Assembly: GCA_965224245.1 (NCBI GenBank)
Contig: OZ245046.1
Location: 4,544,001 to 4,608,000 of the forward strand
Direction: 5' to 3'
DNA length: 64,000 nucleotides
Origin: Candidatus Eiseniibacteriota bacterium
Lineage (GTDB): Bacteria; Eisenbacteria; RBG-16-71-46; CAZAMP01
Below, one piece after another: positions 19,397-29,240 of this stretch. Positions within the stretch are counted from its first letter, which is position 1; every line of letters begins with the position of its first letter. The position numbers and the translations under genes were made by a program. The notes beneath the pieces were generated by a model, which was given only the letters and a program-made list of their open reading frames with translations, had not been told where the DNA came from and searched no databases.

Positions 19397-21221
19397 GCTC
19401 GCCGATGGCCCGGACGTCCTGGGCGTGTCGAGACGGACCGCCCCGTGACAGGCCGTCGAAATACTCCGAGATCGCATCGCAGAGACGACTCCGGTACAGG
19501 TTGCGCGCATCCTTGTCGGACGCGTCTTGCAGTCGGCAGTTCCAGATGAAGACGTCGTATGCGCGCAGCTTCTCGCGCGTCTCGCGCGAGATCGACTGGC
19601 GCGCGGCGAGCTCCGCCGTGCGTTCGAGCAGCTCGGGATCGCCACAGGGCGCGTTCTGGTACTCGCAGGCCAGGAGATCCACGGCCGTCGTCGCCGACGC
19701 ACGGTACTCGAACGACCGCCGGTAGTCGTCCAGCGCGTCGGCGATCTGACCTCGCTGCTCGCGGCTTCGTGCGCGCATCCACAGGATGCGCCCGTACGAC
19801 TCCTGCTCGGCGGCGCTCGCCGGCGGATCCACCTCGACGCGGTGCGCGTCGGACGGCGTCGCGCGAACGTGCGCGATCGCCCTCGCGTAGTCGCGCCCGA
19901 AGTCCATCGCTCCTTGCATCGGGGCGCCGCACTCGAAGTCGTCGAACCTCACGTCCGGGTGACCGGCGCGTGCGGCGAACGCGGGGGCCTGCCGCGGCCG
20001 ACAGCCCATGCCGTCACGCGCAAACGGCCTGAGCACGGCGGCGATCTCCTCTCCGACGCGCGCACGGTAGGTCCACGGACCAGGACCTGGTGACCCGACC
20101 GTCTGGTCGTTGACCATCAGGGTGCCCGGAAGCGTGGTGACGAAGAGCAGTGTCGTCGAGGTCGCACCCCCCGGCGAACCGGAGAGCGGATCACGGCCGA
20201 CGATGTCACCCGGATTGTCCGGCAAGACGTCGCGCGCTCCCGGAACCTCGAGGTCGCCCGGATCCCCGGCCCGATCGTCCGTCGCGGTGTCATCGTCGCG
20301 GTCGATCGGGGCGTCCAGGCGAGCCGGCGGCTCGTCACGCGTCGCCGGCGCATCCACGCGTACCGGCGGTTCGTCACTCGCCGTCGGCGTATCCACCCGC
20401 GCCGCGGGCTCGTCGCGGGTCGTCGGTGCGTCGGTGCGAACCGGAGAATCGTCCCGGATCGCCGGCGTGTCCACTCGTACCGGCGGCTCGTCGCGCGTGG
20501 CCGGCGTCTCTCGCCGCCCGGGCGCCTCGGTCATGCCGGCGTCCGCCACGTCGGTGGCCGGTGGCTCGCCGACGCGCCGAAACGTCAGCGCCGGGGCGCT
20601 GCCGGGTGCGACCACGCGCGACTCCGGCTCGAAGGCGGAGTCGGCGAGCCGCACGTCGATACGGATCGGTGCGTCGTCGGGAGCACTGAAGCGGACGGTG
20701 CCATCGCCGCCGGACTCACCGACCCCGCGACCGTCGGCGCGGACGTGCACCCCGGCCAGCGGTATCCCGTCCTCGTCGACGACACGAACGAAGAGCTCCC
20801 GATGGCGCGTCGACTGGAGCACGAAGTCCTCACGCAGGACGAGACGACCCTCCGGGTCGCGCGGCAGGAGGTCGGGCGTGACCAGGCGATACCTCGGACC
20901 GTCGGTGATGGCCGCGTCGTCGCTCGACGCCACGCCCACCGCGATCTCGCGTCCGCGTACGGCCGTGGTCTCGTACGTGCGAACCCCGACGCCGCCGGGC
21001 GTCGAGGCGACGACGCTCCCGTCGATCAGGAGGTCGAAGCCGTCCCGCGGACGGGTCCGGGCCTCGTCGCTGAACACGGTGACCTCGACGACCAGCGGCA
21101 CGTCGACGGTGCGCCTGTCCCACCACGTCCAGGCCGCGAACCCGACGATCACGACGAGAACGAGCAGAAACACGCGACGGTTGCCCGACGTGCCCAGGGC
21201 GTCGAGGAGCTCTCTAGCCAT
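19374..21221 (-). CDS. Membrane-anchored hypothetical protein: N-terminal TM, carboxypeptidase-regulatory-like beta domain, Pro/Asp/Thr repeat linker, C-terminal TPR-like domain
   Basis: RRVFLLVLVVIVGFAAWTWW anchor; VVDEDGIPLAGVHV...GESGGDG; 13-aa repeats; GQIADALDDYRRS TPR-like segment. Confidence 0.7.
   Translation of the reverse strand: MARELLDALGTSGNRRVFLLVLVVIVGFAAWTWWDRRTVDVPLVVEVTVFSDEARTRPRDGFDLLIDGSVVASTPGGVGVRTYETTAVRGREIAVGVASSDDAAITDGPRYRLVTPDLLPRDPEGRLVLREDFVLQSTRHRELFVRVVDEDGIPLAGVHVRADGRGVGESGGDGTVRFSAPDDAPIRIDVRLADSAFEPESRVVAPGSAPALTFRRVGEPPATDVADAGMTEAPGRRETPATRDEPPVRVDTPAIRDDSPVRTDAPTTRDEPAARVDTPTASDEPPVRVDAPATRDEPPARLDAPIDRDDDTATDDRAGDPGDLEVPGARDVLPDNPGDIVGRDPLSGSPGGATSTTLLFVTTLPGTLMVNDQTVGSPGPGPWTYRARVGEEIAAVLRPFARDGMGCRPRQAPAFAARAGHPDVRFDDFECGAPMQGAMDFGRDYARAIAHVRATPSDAHRVEVDPPASAAEQESYGRILWMRARSREQRGQIADALDDYRRSFEYRASATTAVDLLACEYQNAPCGDPELLERTAELAARQSISRETREKLRAYDVFIWNCRLQDASDKDARNLYRSRLCDAISEYFDGLSRGGPSRHAQDVRAIGERVGCGRD
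20290..20507 (-). repeat. Intragenic 39-bp (13-aa) tandem repeat, about 5.5 degenerate copies
   Basis: TPATRDEPPVRVD / TPAIRDDSPVRTD / APTTRDEPAARVD / TPTASDEPPVRVD / APATRDEPPARLD / APIDRDD. Confidence 0.85.
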
Positions 21222-21672
21222 CTCGTACGGGTCCCTCTCCCTCGATCAGCTCGCGTGGCTCGTCCAGCAACCCCTCGGTGGAGGTCGGACGCGCCAGCGG
21301 AACGAGGATGTCCGGCGATCGTCTCGACCAGGCCTCGAGGCTGTCGGACGGGTACGTGGCCGACTCGAACATCGTGCGCCCGTTCCCGTCCCGAACCTTG
21401 AACACCAGGAAGCGCTGGGTGTCGCTGAGAAGCGCCATCTCGTCGAGCAGCGCGTCGATCTCGAAGTAGAACCGTCCGTCGTCGCCCAGGGTCGCGAACG
21501 CGGTGGGGATCTGGGCGATCGTGACGATGCAGTGGTCGCACTTCTCGACGCGGTCCCGCGTCAGCACGTTCACGGCGACGAACTGACCGCTCGACCCCGC
21601 GCATCCGAGGGCTACGACGACCGTCGCGAGGAGCCCGGCGGTCGCCATCGTGCCCCTGCGTGGGAAGCTCAT
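21214..21672 (-). CDS. Small hypothetical lipoprotein
   Basis: ATGA overlap at 21669-21672; lipobox VVVALG-C; CDHC motif. Confidence 0.7.
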   Translation of the reverse strand: MSFPRRGTMATAGLLATVVVALGCAGSSGQFVAVNVLTRDRVEKCDHCIVTIAQIPTAFATLGDDGRFYFEIDALLDEMALLSDTQRFLVFKVRDGNGRTMFESATYPSDSLEAWSRRSPDILVPLARPTSTEGLLDEPRELIEGEGPVRDG

Positions 21673-24600
21673 TCGAAGCCTCCTTTGCCGTGCGTGCGCA
21701 CGATCTTCGCGCGCGCCCGCGAACCGCCGGCGCGAATGTCGACGAAGTATACGCCCGGCGGAACGCCCCGTCCGTCCTCGCCTCGCCCGTCCCAGACGAC
21801 GGCGTGGCTTCCCGCTCCCTGGCGACCGAGCGACCACGCGTACACGCGACGCCCGCCGACGTCGAGAATGTCGATCATCACGTCCTCTTCGGTCGGCAGC
21901 CCATAGCCGATCCGAACGCCGCCTCGAAACGGATTCGGATGGGGTGCCCGCGCGACCAGGGCGGTCGGAACAGGATCGCTCGGAACGGCCTCGGAGACGA
22001 GATCCCTCGGGCCGGCAACGATCCGTACCCGATGGCGCTCGCCGGCGATCAGGCCGAGCGGAGGCAACGCATCGGAGCGAACGTCGACCCGAGCTCCCGA
22101 CCGGGAATCGACGGCGACCACGGTCATCCCGGTCGGAATCTCCCCGATGATGTCCCACGTCAGTCGTGCGTCCGGAACGGTCCGCTCGGAGTGAATATCG
22201 ACAGCCCACGACGTGATCTCCTCCGGTCGCGGCGGCCGAATGTCACCCTCGAGGGGCGCATCGGTGCCCGCCAGGTCCAGGCGGACGCGGTCCCCCGGCC
22301 TCGGGGGACGTCGACCCAGGTCGAACCGGTCGTCGCCGTCGGCGGCATCGGGATGGACGCCCACGTACGAGACCGCGGTCTGCGTCCGTGGACTCTGGAA
22401 CACCAGTCGAAGCGCCCAGGCTCCCCCGACGCCGGCAAAGCCCGCGGGATGGGCCGGCGACGGATCGGTGTCCGGCGTAACTGATGGATCCAGAACGACG
22501 TTCATGGCCGCGGGCGCCTCCACGAAGTACCCCGCGAAGGGTCGCAGCAGGGCCCCTCCCTCACCCGCATCCAGGTAGTCGCCCCGCGCGGGGGCGTAGG
22601 CGCGCAAGACGGGCGCGCCGTCGGGCCAGGCGGTGGGGATCGCGAACGGAGTCGCGATCTGATTCCACCCGGGCTCGAGCGAGAGCGTGACCGGCTCGAG
22701 ACCGGAGGTGCGCCCCGGTCCGAAGTCGAAGACGTGACCCGGGTGGGTGGCCGATTCGCGCCAGTGGAGCCAGTAGGAAGTCCCGGGCTCGAGGGCGAGT
22801 GCTCTCGACGACGTGGCCTCGACGTAGGCGCCGCTGGTCGGACCGGTGGCGTCCCATCGCAGCACGCGCCACCGGGTGGGATCGGGGCCACCGAGCCCGA
22901 TGGCTTCCATCACGTCCGCCACGTCCGTGACGTCCAGGACGCCGGGCACCGAGATCAGATGCCACGTGTACGGCGCGACGCCTCCGGCCCCGGCGTCGTC
23001 GAGGGCGTACACCGATCCCGGCGTGTCGGTCGACCACGCGTCAACCGCGAGAGCCGGTGCGATCGGATCGGACACCGTCGTGTTCGCGCCGTCGGTCGCC
23101 TCCACGGCCGCGCGGACGCCGGCCGGCCCGAGGGCGTCGGGCGGGATCTGGCCGCGATACGTGGTGCCTCCACGGGCTGTGCCATCCGGAACGAGTGGGA
23201 CGCGGGTCTCGTCGCCGATCCCGCCCGCGACGGGATCCCCGATGCGATAGACGAGCTCGACGATCAGCGCGCTCCGGTCGTCGTCGACCACCGTGGAGAC
23301 GTCGATCGGCCGTGCGGGGTCGAACGGACCGGATCCCGTGCCACCCTGGGTCAGCGTCACCGCGGACACCGTCGGCGCGACCGCGTCGATCGTGATGCGG
23401 AGGGTCCGCGGCACGCCGTCCACCGCGCAGTTCCGGGCGAAGATCTCGAGCGTGTAGGGCGGCTCGCCGCCGAGCCCGAACGCATCCAGGTCGATCGGCG
23501 CCGTCCAGCTCGACGAGCCGGTGATCGGGGCGATCTCGACCGCGCTCTGGCCCGGCACCCGGGCCCAGATCGCATCGGACGCGCTGCGCGTGCCGTGAAG
23601 CTCGAACGTGCGCGCCGGGACGACGACGTCGTCGCCGATGGGACGTCCATCGGTGCCGACGCCGGTGATCTCGACCGGACCGGGAGAGCCGTCACGGATC
23701 ACGAACGGTGGCGACGGCACCGTCGGGCTGGAGAGGCGCTCGTTGCGCGCGAGCGTGGCCACGACCACGAACTGGGTCGTGCCCTCGGGGTCGAGGGCGA
23801 CCAGGGCGTCGCGCTCGTCGGTGGTGAAGTCGTGCGTCGTCTCGTATGCACTTGCGACCTCGGCCAGCGTCAGCGGCCCCACGACCGCAACCCCGAACGT
23901 GGTCTCCAGCGTGGCCAGGGCCAGGGCGGCGCCTGGAGACCCCAGCACCTGGATCCGGAACGGTGCGTCGAGCGACAGGCAGTCACCCCCGACCGACACG
24001 GCGTCGATCACCAGCTCGACCGTGTCGAGCGAGACCGGCGCACCGGTCCCGGGCGACGACGCGTTCACACAGTCCTGGAGGGTGACGCTCGCGACCAGGC
24101 TCTCGGCGCGGCCCGGGTCGTCCTCGGGTACCTCCCACACCAGCTCGAACCGGGTCGGCGTGACCGCGACCATGGGCGCGCCGACGAGACGGTCGGACAG
24201 CGTCAGACGGGCCGACAGGTCGGTCTCCTCGCTCGTGGCGATGATGGTGATTGCGTCACCGACCGAGACGTCCGACGTGCCCGTCGACGTGATCACCGTG
24301 ACGGACGGTGCGTCCGGCGGCGATCCATCCACGTGGACGGTCGCCGACGCGGCGACCGTGTTCACGCCGTCGGAGGCGAGAGCCTCGACATCGTGGTCCC
24401 CGTCCGCGGCGAGCGCCGGAACCACGACCGTGAGCGCGAACGAGCCGTCCGCATCGCGCGCCATCTCGGCGCTCGCCAGGCCGAGCGAGGGTATCGCCAC
24501 CGACACGGTGATCGCCTCGGTGACGTCGTCCGGCGTGACCCTGACGAGCACGCCATCCCCGGGTCGGACCGCGATCGGATCGCAGTCGGAGCCCGCGACC

Positions 24601-26522
24601 CTCGCGCCGGACGCGACCGGCGACAGCGCGACGGTGACGTCCGGCGCGGTCCGATCCACCCGGAGGACGCGGTCCGAAAGCGACGTCGGGTCCACCAGGC
24701 GCCGGCAGTTGCAGCCGGAGCCGATCTCACACTGGCCGGGGACGCTTCCGGAGCTGCAGAGCTGATAGTCGAGCGAGAATCGCCCCTCGGGCAGGGTGCT
24801 CGCCGCGACCGTCTCCTCCCATGCTTCGGCCTCGCCGGCGCCACCGTCGGGAGACGCGGCCGAGAGACCGACCTCGGCGGCGACCTCGCCCTCGGCGTCG
24901 ATCAGGAGCACCCGGGCCCCGACACCCGTCGTGGTGAACGACCCGAGCCGAAACGTCACGGACTCGCCCGCGCCGATCGCGTCGGTCGCCTCATGCGGCG
25001 GCGTATCGAGGATCTGCCGGTCGATGCGCGGGAGCTCGTCGTTCGCGATCAGGACCACGTCGGGACTGTCGAGGGTGGTCGTGTTGCCGAACGCGTCGGT
25101 GATCGACCCCTGGATCAGCCACTCTCCGGAGAACCCGCCGAAGATGGTGAACTCCTTCACGTAGTCCGGCCCCACGGGAGTTCCCGTTCCCAGGGGGATC
25201 GTCACGGACTGGTTCCTCAGCGCGAACTCGGACGTGCCCGGATCGCCGCGCATCAGGATCGCGACCGTGTCGCCGGGAAGGTAGCGATCGTCCTGACCGG
25301 GCGGCGGGTTGTTGTCGCGGCGGACCAGGTCGATCACCGGACCGCCGGTGCGGAAGCGGATCTCGCGATCGAACGTGCGCGCGGCACCCGCAGCGCCGCA
25401 GTCGATGCCGGCCGCGACGTCGAGCACGTACGCGCCGTCGCCCGGATAGCCCGGCGCCTCGCCGGCCACCGGGACCGCGCCCACGTATCGGCCGGGGAAC
25501 ACCTCGATCATCGGAACGTCGATCGGCGAGCCGCCAGCCACCGGGTCGAGCGTGGCGGTGACCTCCAGATCGGCGCCGGCCTCGAGCGAGATCACCAGCG
25601 CCGTGCCTTCACCGAAGCGCCGCGCGACCCCGTCGTCGCGTCCCCCCGACACGACGAGATCGGTGGCGTCGATCGCGTCGACCGGTCGCCGCGTGAACGG
25701 ACCATCCACGCCGACCGCGTCCGCGAGGAGCAGCGTCAGACCGTCGCACGCGCCCGGCGGGACGCGGAGCGTGATCGCTGTCGGCGACCAGTCGAGGAAC
25801 TCGCCGGTCCGCACGTCACCCAGCTCGATCAGATCCGTCGGCGAGGCGACCTCGCCGAAGCCGGTGCCGCGTACGACGACGACGTCGCCCACGCCGGCGG
25901 CCATCGGCTCGACCGCGGCCACCGTCGGGCGCAGAACGAGCGTCGGTGCCTCCGCGCTCACCAGCGTGTGGGTGCGAACGGCAACGGGCAGCGTGGCGGC
26001 ACGCCGCTCCGGAACCACGATCGTGATCGCGCCGGGTGTCCACCGCGCGTCGCTCACGGTGATCGGCGCACCCCCGTCTCCGATGAACACGGCGTCAGAC
26101 CCCGTCGGGTGCCGGCCGAAGAACGCCCCGTCGATCGTGAGCTCGTCCCCGGACTGCGCGGCACTCGTCGACAGAGCGATCACCACCGGACGCAGCGCGA
26201 CGGCGGCCGTCGCCGGAGCGCCCGGCACGACGTCGGCCGTGATCGTGTGGAACCCCGCGCGGAGCGAGAGGGGTACGGCGGCGACGATCTCGTCGTCGGA
26301 CCAGGATTCCACGGCCATCTCGAGCGCGTCGATGCGCACGGCCGACTCTCCCGCGCTCTCGCCGAACCCGCCGCCGGCGATCACGAGGCGGGTGCCGGTC
26401 TGCGTGACGGTGTCGATCGACGGGTCCGCGTGCGCCGCGCCGGAGAGCGCCGTCACGAGGGCGAGGCTCGCGACGAGCCCCGAGAACGCCACGCCGCGGT
26501 GCCGATCTGGGTGTGCGTGCAA
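21669..26522 (-). CDS. Large surface protein with IPT/TIG and Ig-like repeats and C-terminal FlgD-Ig/T9SS-type domain
   Basis: Signal peptide; three IPT-like units (I.G.GFG...W[ST]...I..VP); D..AP.V Ig junctions; WHLISVP/GWNQIATPF; C-terminal PNPF...DVGGRRV...WDG...PGVYF. Confidence 0.85.
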   Translation of the reverse strand: MHAHPDRHRGVAFSGLVASLALVTALSGAAHADPSIDTVTQTGTRLVIAGGGFGESAGESAVRIDALEMAVESWSDDEIVAAVPLSLRAGFHTITADVVPGAPATAAVALRPVVIALSTSAAQSGDELTIDGAFFGRHPTGSDAVFIGDGGAPITVSDARWTPGAITIVVPERRAATLPVAVRTHTLVSAEAPTLVLRPTVAAVEPMAAGVGDVVVVRGTGFGEVASPTDLIELGDVRTGEFLDWSPTAITLRVPPGACDGLTLLLADAVGVDGPFTRRPVDAIDATDLVVSGGRDDGVARRFGEGTALVISLEAGADLEVTATLDPVAGGSPIDVPMIEVFPGRYVGAVPVAGEAPGYPGDGAYVLDVAAGIDCGAAGAARTFDREIRFRTGGPVIDLVRRDNNPPPGQDDRYLPGDTVAILMRGDPGTSEFALRNQSVTIPLGTGTPVGPDYVKEFTIFGGFSGEWLIQGSITDAFGNTTTLDSPDVVLIANDELPRIDRQILDTPPHEATDAIGAGESVTFRLGSFTTTGVGARVLLIDAEGEVAAEVGLSAASPDGGAGEAEAWEETVAASTLPEGRFSLDYQLCSSGSVPGQCEIGSGCNCRRLVDPTSLSDRVLRVDRTAPDVTVALSPVASGARVAGSDCDPIAVRPGDGVLVRVTPDDVTEAITVSVAIPSLGLASAEMARDADGSFALTVVVPALAADGDHDVEALASDGVNTVAASATVHVDGSPPDAPSVTVITSTGTSDVSVGDAITIIATSEETDLSARLTLSDRLVGAPMVAVTPTRFELVWEVPEDDPGRAESLVASVTLQDCVNASSPGTGAPVSLDTVELVIDAVSVGGDCLSLDAPFRIQVLGSPGAALALATLETTFGVAVVGPLTLAEVASAYETTHDFTTDERDALVALDPEGTTQFVVVATLARNERLSSPTVPSPPFVIRDGSPGPVEITGVGTDGRPIGDDVVVPARTFELHGTRSASDAIWARVPGQSAVEIAPITGSSSWTAPIDLDAFGLGGEPPYTLEIFARNCAVDGVPRTLRITIDAVAPTVSAVTLTQGGTGSGPFDPARPIDVSTVVDDDRSALIVELVYRIGDPVAGGIGDETRVPLVPDGTARGGTTYRGQIPPDALGPAGVRAAVEATDGANTTVSDPIAPALAVDAWSTDTPGSVYALDDAGAGGVAPYTWHLISVPGVLDVTDVADVMEAIGLGGPDPTRWRVLRWDATGPTSGAYVEATSSRALALEPGTSYWLHWRESATHPGHVFDFGPGRTSGLEPVTLSLEPGWNQIATPFAIPTAWPDGAPVLRAYAPARGDYLDAGEGGALLRPFAGYFVEAPAAMNVVLDPSVTPDTDPSPAHPAGFAGVGGAWALRLVFQSPRTQTAVSYVGVHPDAADGDDRFDLGRRPPRPGDRVRLDLAGTDAPLEGDIRPPRPEEITSWAVDIHSERTVPDARLTWDIIGEIPTGMTVVAVDSRSGARVDVRSDALPPLGLIAGERHRVRIVAGPRDLVSEAVPSDPVPTALVARAPHPNPFRGGVRIGYGLPTEEDVMIDILDVGGRRVYAWSLGRQGAGSHAVVWDGRGEDGRGVPPGVYFVDIRAGGSRARAKIVRTHGKGGFE

Positions 26523-26665
26523 CGGCTTCCTCGGTCGACTCGGGGGAACGAGACACCACGAGACGCGGGGCGCGCGGTCGCGCGGTAGTTCGACTCGACT
26601 CTAAACAGCCCGGGCGCTCGTCTCTAGTGCAAACTCTCGCGCAGGCGGGCGCCGCAGCGCCGGCT

Positions 26666-27985
26666 TCACTCCGCGACGCCTCGTACCATCGCGGGGAAGG
26701 CGCAGATCAGCGCGAGCCCGATCAGCTGGATCAGGATGAACGGCACGGCCCCCCGGTAGATGTCGGTCGTCCGGACCGCCTGGGGTGTGACGCCGCGCAG
26801 GTAGAACAGCGCGAACCCGAACGGCGGCGTCAGGAACGAGGTCTGGAGGTTCATCCCGATCATCACGCCGAACCACACGAGATCGATCCCGAGCACGCGC
26901 GCGGCCGGGACCAGGAGCGGCAGGATGATGAACGCGATCTCGAAGAAGTCGATGAAGAACCCGAGGATGAACACCGCCAGGTTCGCCACGATCAGGAACC
27001 CGATGCGATCGCCCGGCAGGCCCGTCAGGAGGTCCTCGATCCAGACGTCGCCGTACAGCCCGCGAAAGACCAGAGAGAAGAACGTCGAGCCGATCAGGAG
27101 GAACACGACCATCGAGGTCAGCGTCGTCGTCTCGCGCATCGTCGCACGGAGCGCCCGCAGGTCGAGCCGGCGGTTGATGGCCGCGAGCGCGGTGGCGCCG
27201 ACCGCGCCCAGCGCGCCGGCCTCGGTCGGCGTGGCCACGCCGGCGAAGATGCTGCCGAGCACCAGCAGGATCAGGACCAGGGGCGGCACCATGACGAGCA
27301 AGACGCGCGTCGCGAGCGCCCGTCCGCCCAGCGTTCGCTCGGACGCCGGCAGGGCCGGGGCGGCGCTCGGGCGCACCATGGCGGCGATGACCACGTACAG
27401 CGCATAGAGCCCCGCGAGCACCAGACCCGGCACCAGCGAGCCGACGAAGAGGTCCCCGACCGAGATGCCGAGCTGATCGGCCAGCACCACGAGCACCACG
27501 CTCGGGGGGATGATCTGGCCCAGCGTTCCCGAGGCCGTGATCACTCCCGTCGCCAGCTCCTTCGCGTAGCCGAAGCGCAGCATCACGGGCAGCGAGATGA
27601 GCCCCATCGCGACCACGCTGGCACCGACGACGCCGGTCGCCGCGGCCAGAAGGGCGCCCACGAACACGACGGCCAGCGCCAGCCCGCCGCGCACCGGACC
27701 GAACAGCATGCCGATCGTGGTCAGGAGATCCTCGGCCAGCTTCGACTTCTCGAGCATCGTGCCCATGAAGATGAAGAACGGCACCGCCAGGAGCACGTAA
27801 TTCGACATCACGCCGAAGATCCGCTCGGGCATCGCGTACAGGAGCGACCACTGGAAGTAGCCGGTCTCGACGCCGATCACCGCGAAGATCAGCCCCGTGC
27901 CGCCGAGCGCGAACGCGACCGGAAACCCCGTGAAGATCAGGAGCAGCGCCGTCGTGAACATCAGGGGCGCCAGCGTGTGATCCAT
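26666..27985 (-). CDS. dctM: TRAP transporter large permease
   Basis: GFPVAFAL, LLAVPFFIFMG, GTLGQIIPPS, ATPTEAGALGA, TPPFGFALF. Confidence 0.95.
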   Translation of the reverse strand: MDHTLAPLMFTTALLLIFTGFPVAFALGGTGLIFAVIGVETGYFQWSLLYAMPERIFGVMSNYVLLAVPFFIFMGTMLEKSKLAEDLLTTIGMLFGPVRGGLALAVVFVGALLAAATGVVGASVVAMGLISLPVMLRFGYAKELATGVITASGTLGQIIPPSVVLVVLADQLGISVGDLFVGSLVPGLVLAGLYALYVVIAAMVRPSAAPALPASERTLGGRALATRVLLVMVPPLVLILLVLGSIFAGVATPTEAGALGAVGATALAAINRRLDLRALRATMRETTTLTSMVVFLLIGSTFFSLVFRGLYGDVWIEDLLTGLPGDRIGFLIVANLAVFILGFFIDFFEIAFIILPLLVPAARVLGIDLVWFGVMIGMNLQTSFLTPPFGFALFYLRGVTPQAVRTTDIYRGAVPFILIQLIGLALICAFPAMVRGVAE

Positions 27986-27992
27986 GGGCGGG

Positions 27993-28553
27993 TCAGATCC
28001 CTTCGATCGAGCCGTGATCGTCGGTCGCGGGCACGTCGACGCCGCGCACGCGTGCGAGGTTCTGGATGATCCACGCCACGCCCTGGAGGGTCAAAAGCGC
28101 GAACGCCACCAGGATCACGGTCTTGATCGGATAGCGAGGCAGTCCCCCGGGGTCGGGCGACGTCTCGAAGACGGACCAGGAGCTCCGGACGCTCGGCCAG
28201 GAGAGGATCATGGTCAGGATGCAGAACGGGATCAGGAACAGCGCCGTGCCCACGAGGTTGATCCAGGCCCGGGTCCTCGGCGGGAGCCGTCCGTACAGCA
28301 CGTCGACCCGGACGTGCCCGTCGTGCCTCAGCGTGAAGGCCGCCCCCAGCAGGAACAGGAGGCTGAACATGTACCACTGCGCCTCGATGTAGGCGTTCGA
28401 GCTGAGGTTGTGTCCGAGGTAGCGGCCGAGGTACCGGGCGATCGCGTTGAACGCGCCGATCGCCACCATCGCCATCGAGAGCCAGGCGGCGACGCGGCCG
28501 ACGCGCTCGTGAAACGCGTCGATGGCCGCCGCTAGTCGTAGCCAACGCTGCAC
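27993..28553 (-). CDS. dctQ: TRAP transporter small permease
   Basis: Four TM segments; EAQWYMF...FLLGAAFTL..DGHVRVD; SPDPGGLP; GTG start 28553. Confidence 0.9.
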   Translation of the reverse strand: MQRWLRLAAAIDAFHERVGRVAAWLSMAMVAIGAFNAIARYLGRYLGHNLSSNAYIEAQWYMFSLLFLLGAAFTLRHDGHVRVDVLYGRLPPRTRAWINLVGTALFLIPFCILTMILSWPSVRSSWSVFETSPDPGGLPRYPIKTVILVAFALLTLQGVAWIIQNLARVRGVDVPATDDHGSIEGI

Positions 28554-28652
28554 ACTGCCCCCTACACTCGTGCGTCGAACTCGGCGGACTGGCGTTGCGA
28601 TCGGCCGAGTGTACCCAACGGAGCGAGCCGTTCGAAACCGGGAGATCCCATC

Positions 28653-29237
28653 ATGAAGCTGCTGGGTCTGGTGCTCGTCGTCGCGGTGATCGCGATCGGC
28701 GGGTGGGGAGTCTCGAGCTACAACCGACTCGTCACCGAGAGCGAGAAGGTCGACCAGGCCTGGAGCCAGGTCGAGAACGTCTACCAGCGCCGCATGGACC
28801 TGATCCCGAACCTCGTCGAGACCGTCGAGGGTGCGGCCGAGTTCGAGCGCGGCACGCTGGCCGAGGTCACCGAGGCGCGCGCGAAGGCCGGACAGATCAC
28901 GCTGTCGCCCGAGCTCCTCGAGGACCCGGCGAAGCTCGAGGCGTTCGACGCCGCGCAGGGCGCGCTGTCGTCGGCGCTCTCGCGGCTCCTGGTGACCGTG
29001 GAGCGGTACCCGGAGCTGAAGGCGAACCAGAACTTCCTGGCGTTGCAGGACGAGCTGGCGGGGACCGAGAACCGGATCTCGGTCGAGCGCCGGCGGTTCA
29101 ACGAGACCGTTCGCGCGTACAACGTGATCACGAAACGCTTCCCGGGCTCGATCGTCGCGTCGCTCACCGGCTTCGGGGACAGGGGCTACTTCGAGGCCCG
29201 GCCGGGTGCGGAGGACGCGCCGCGGGTGGAGTTCTAG
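28653..29237 (+). CDS. lemA: LemA family protein
   Basis: N-terminal TM; YNRLV...AWSQVENVYQRR.DLIPNLV; ERYPELKANQNF..LQ.EL..TENRI. Confidence 0.95.
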   Translation: MKLLGLVLVVAVIAIGGWGVSSYNRLVTESEKVDQAWSQVENVYQRRMDLIPNLVETVEGAAEFERGTLAEVTEARAKAGQITLSPELLEDPAKLEAFDAAQGALSSALSRLLVTVERYPELKANQNFLALQDELAGTENRISVERRRFNETVRAYNVITKRFPGSIVASLTGFGDRGYFEARPGAEDAPRVEF

Positions 29238-29240
29238 CAC

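Noticed and set aside
20290-20507. Regularly spaced repeats as a possible CRISPR array
   Set aside because: Degenerate in-frame 39-bp coding repeats with no unique spacers and no cas genes.
16715-21221. Canonical Tol-Pal locus
   Set aside because: No TolQ, TolR, Pal or CpoB recognisable, and the propellers lack an evident TolB N-terminal domain.
22734-26588. 1284-aa plus-strand ORF and many other long Arg/Gly/Pro-rich ORFs (e.g. 407-1942, 7009-9618, 13603-15381, 20110-21906)
   Set aside because: Antisense or off-frame shadows of well-supported genes; high GC suppresses stop codons and they show no domain motifs.
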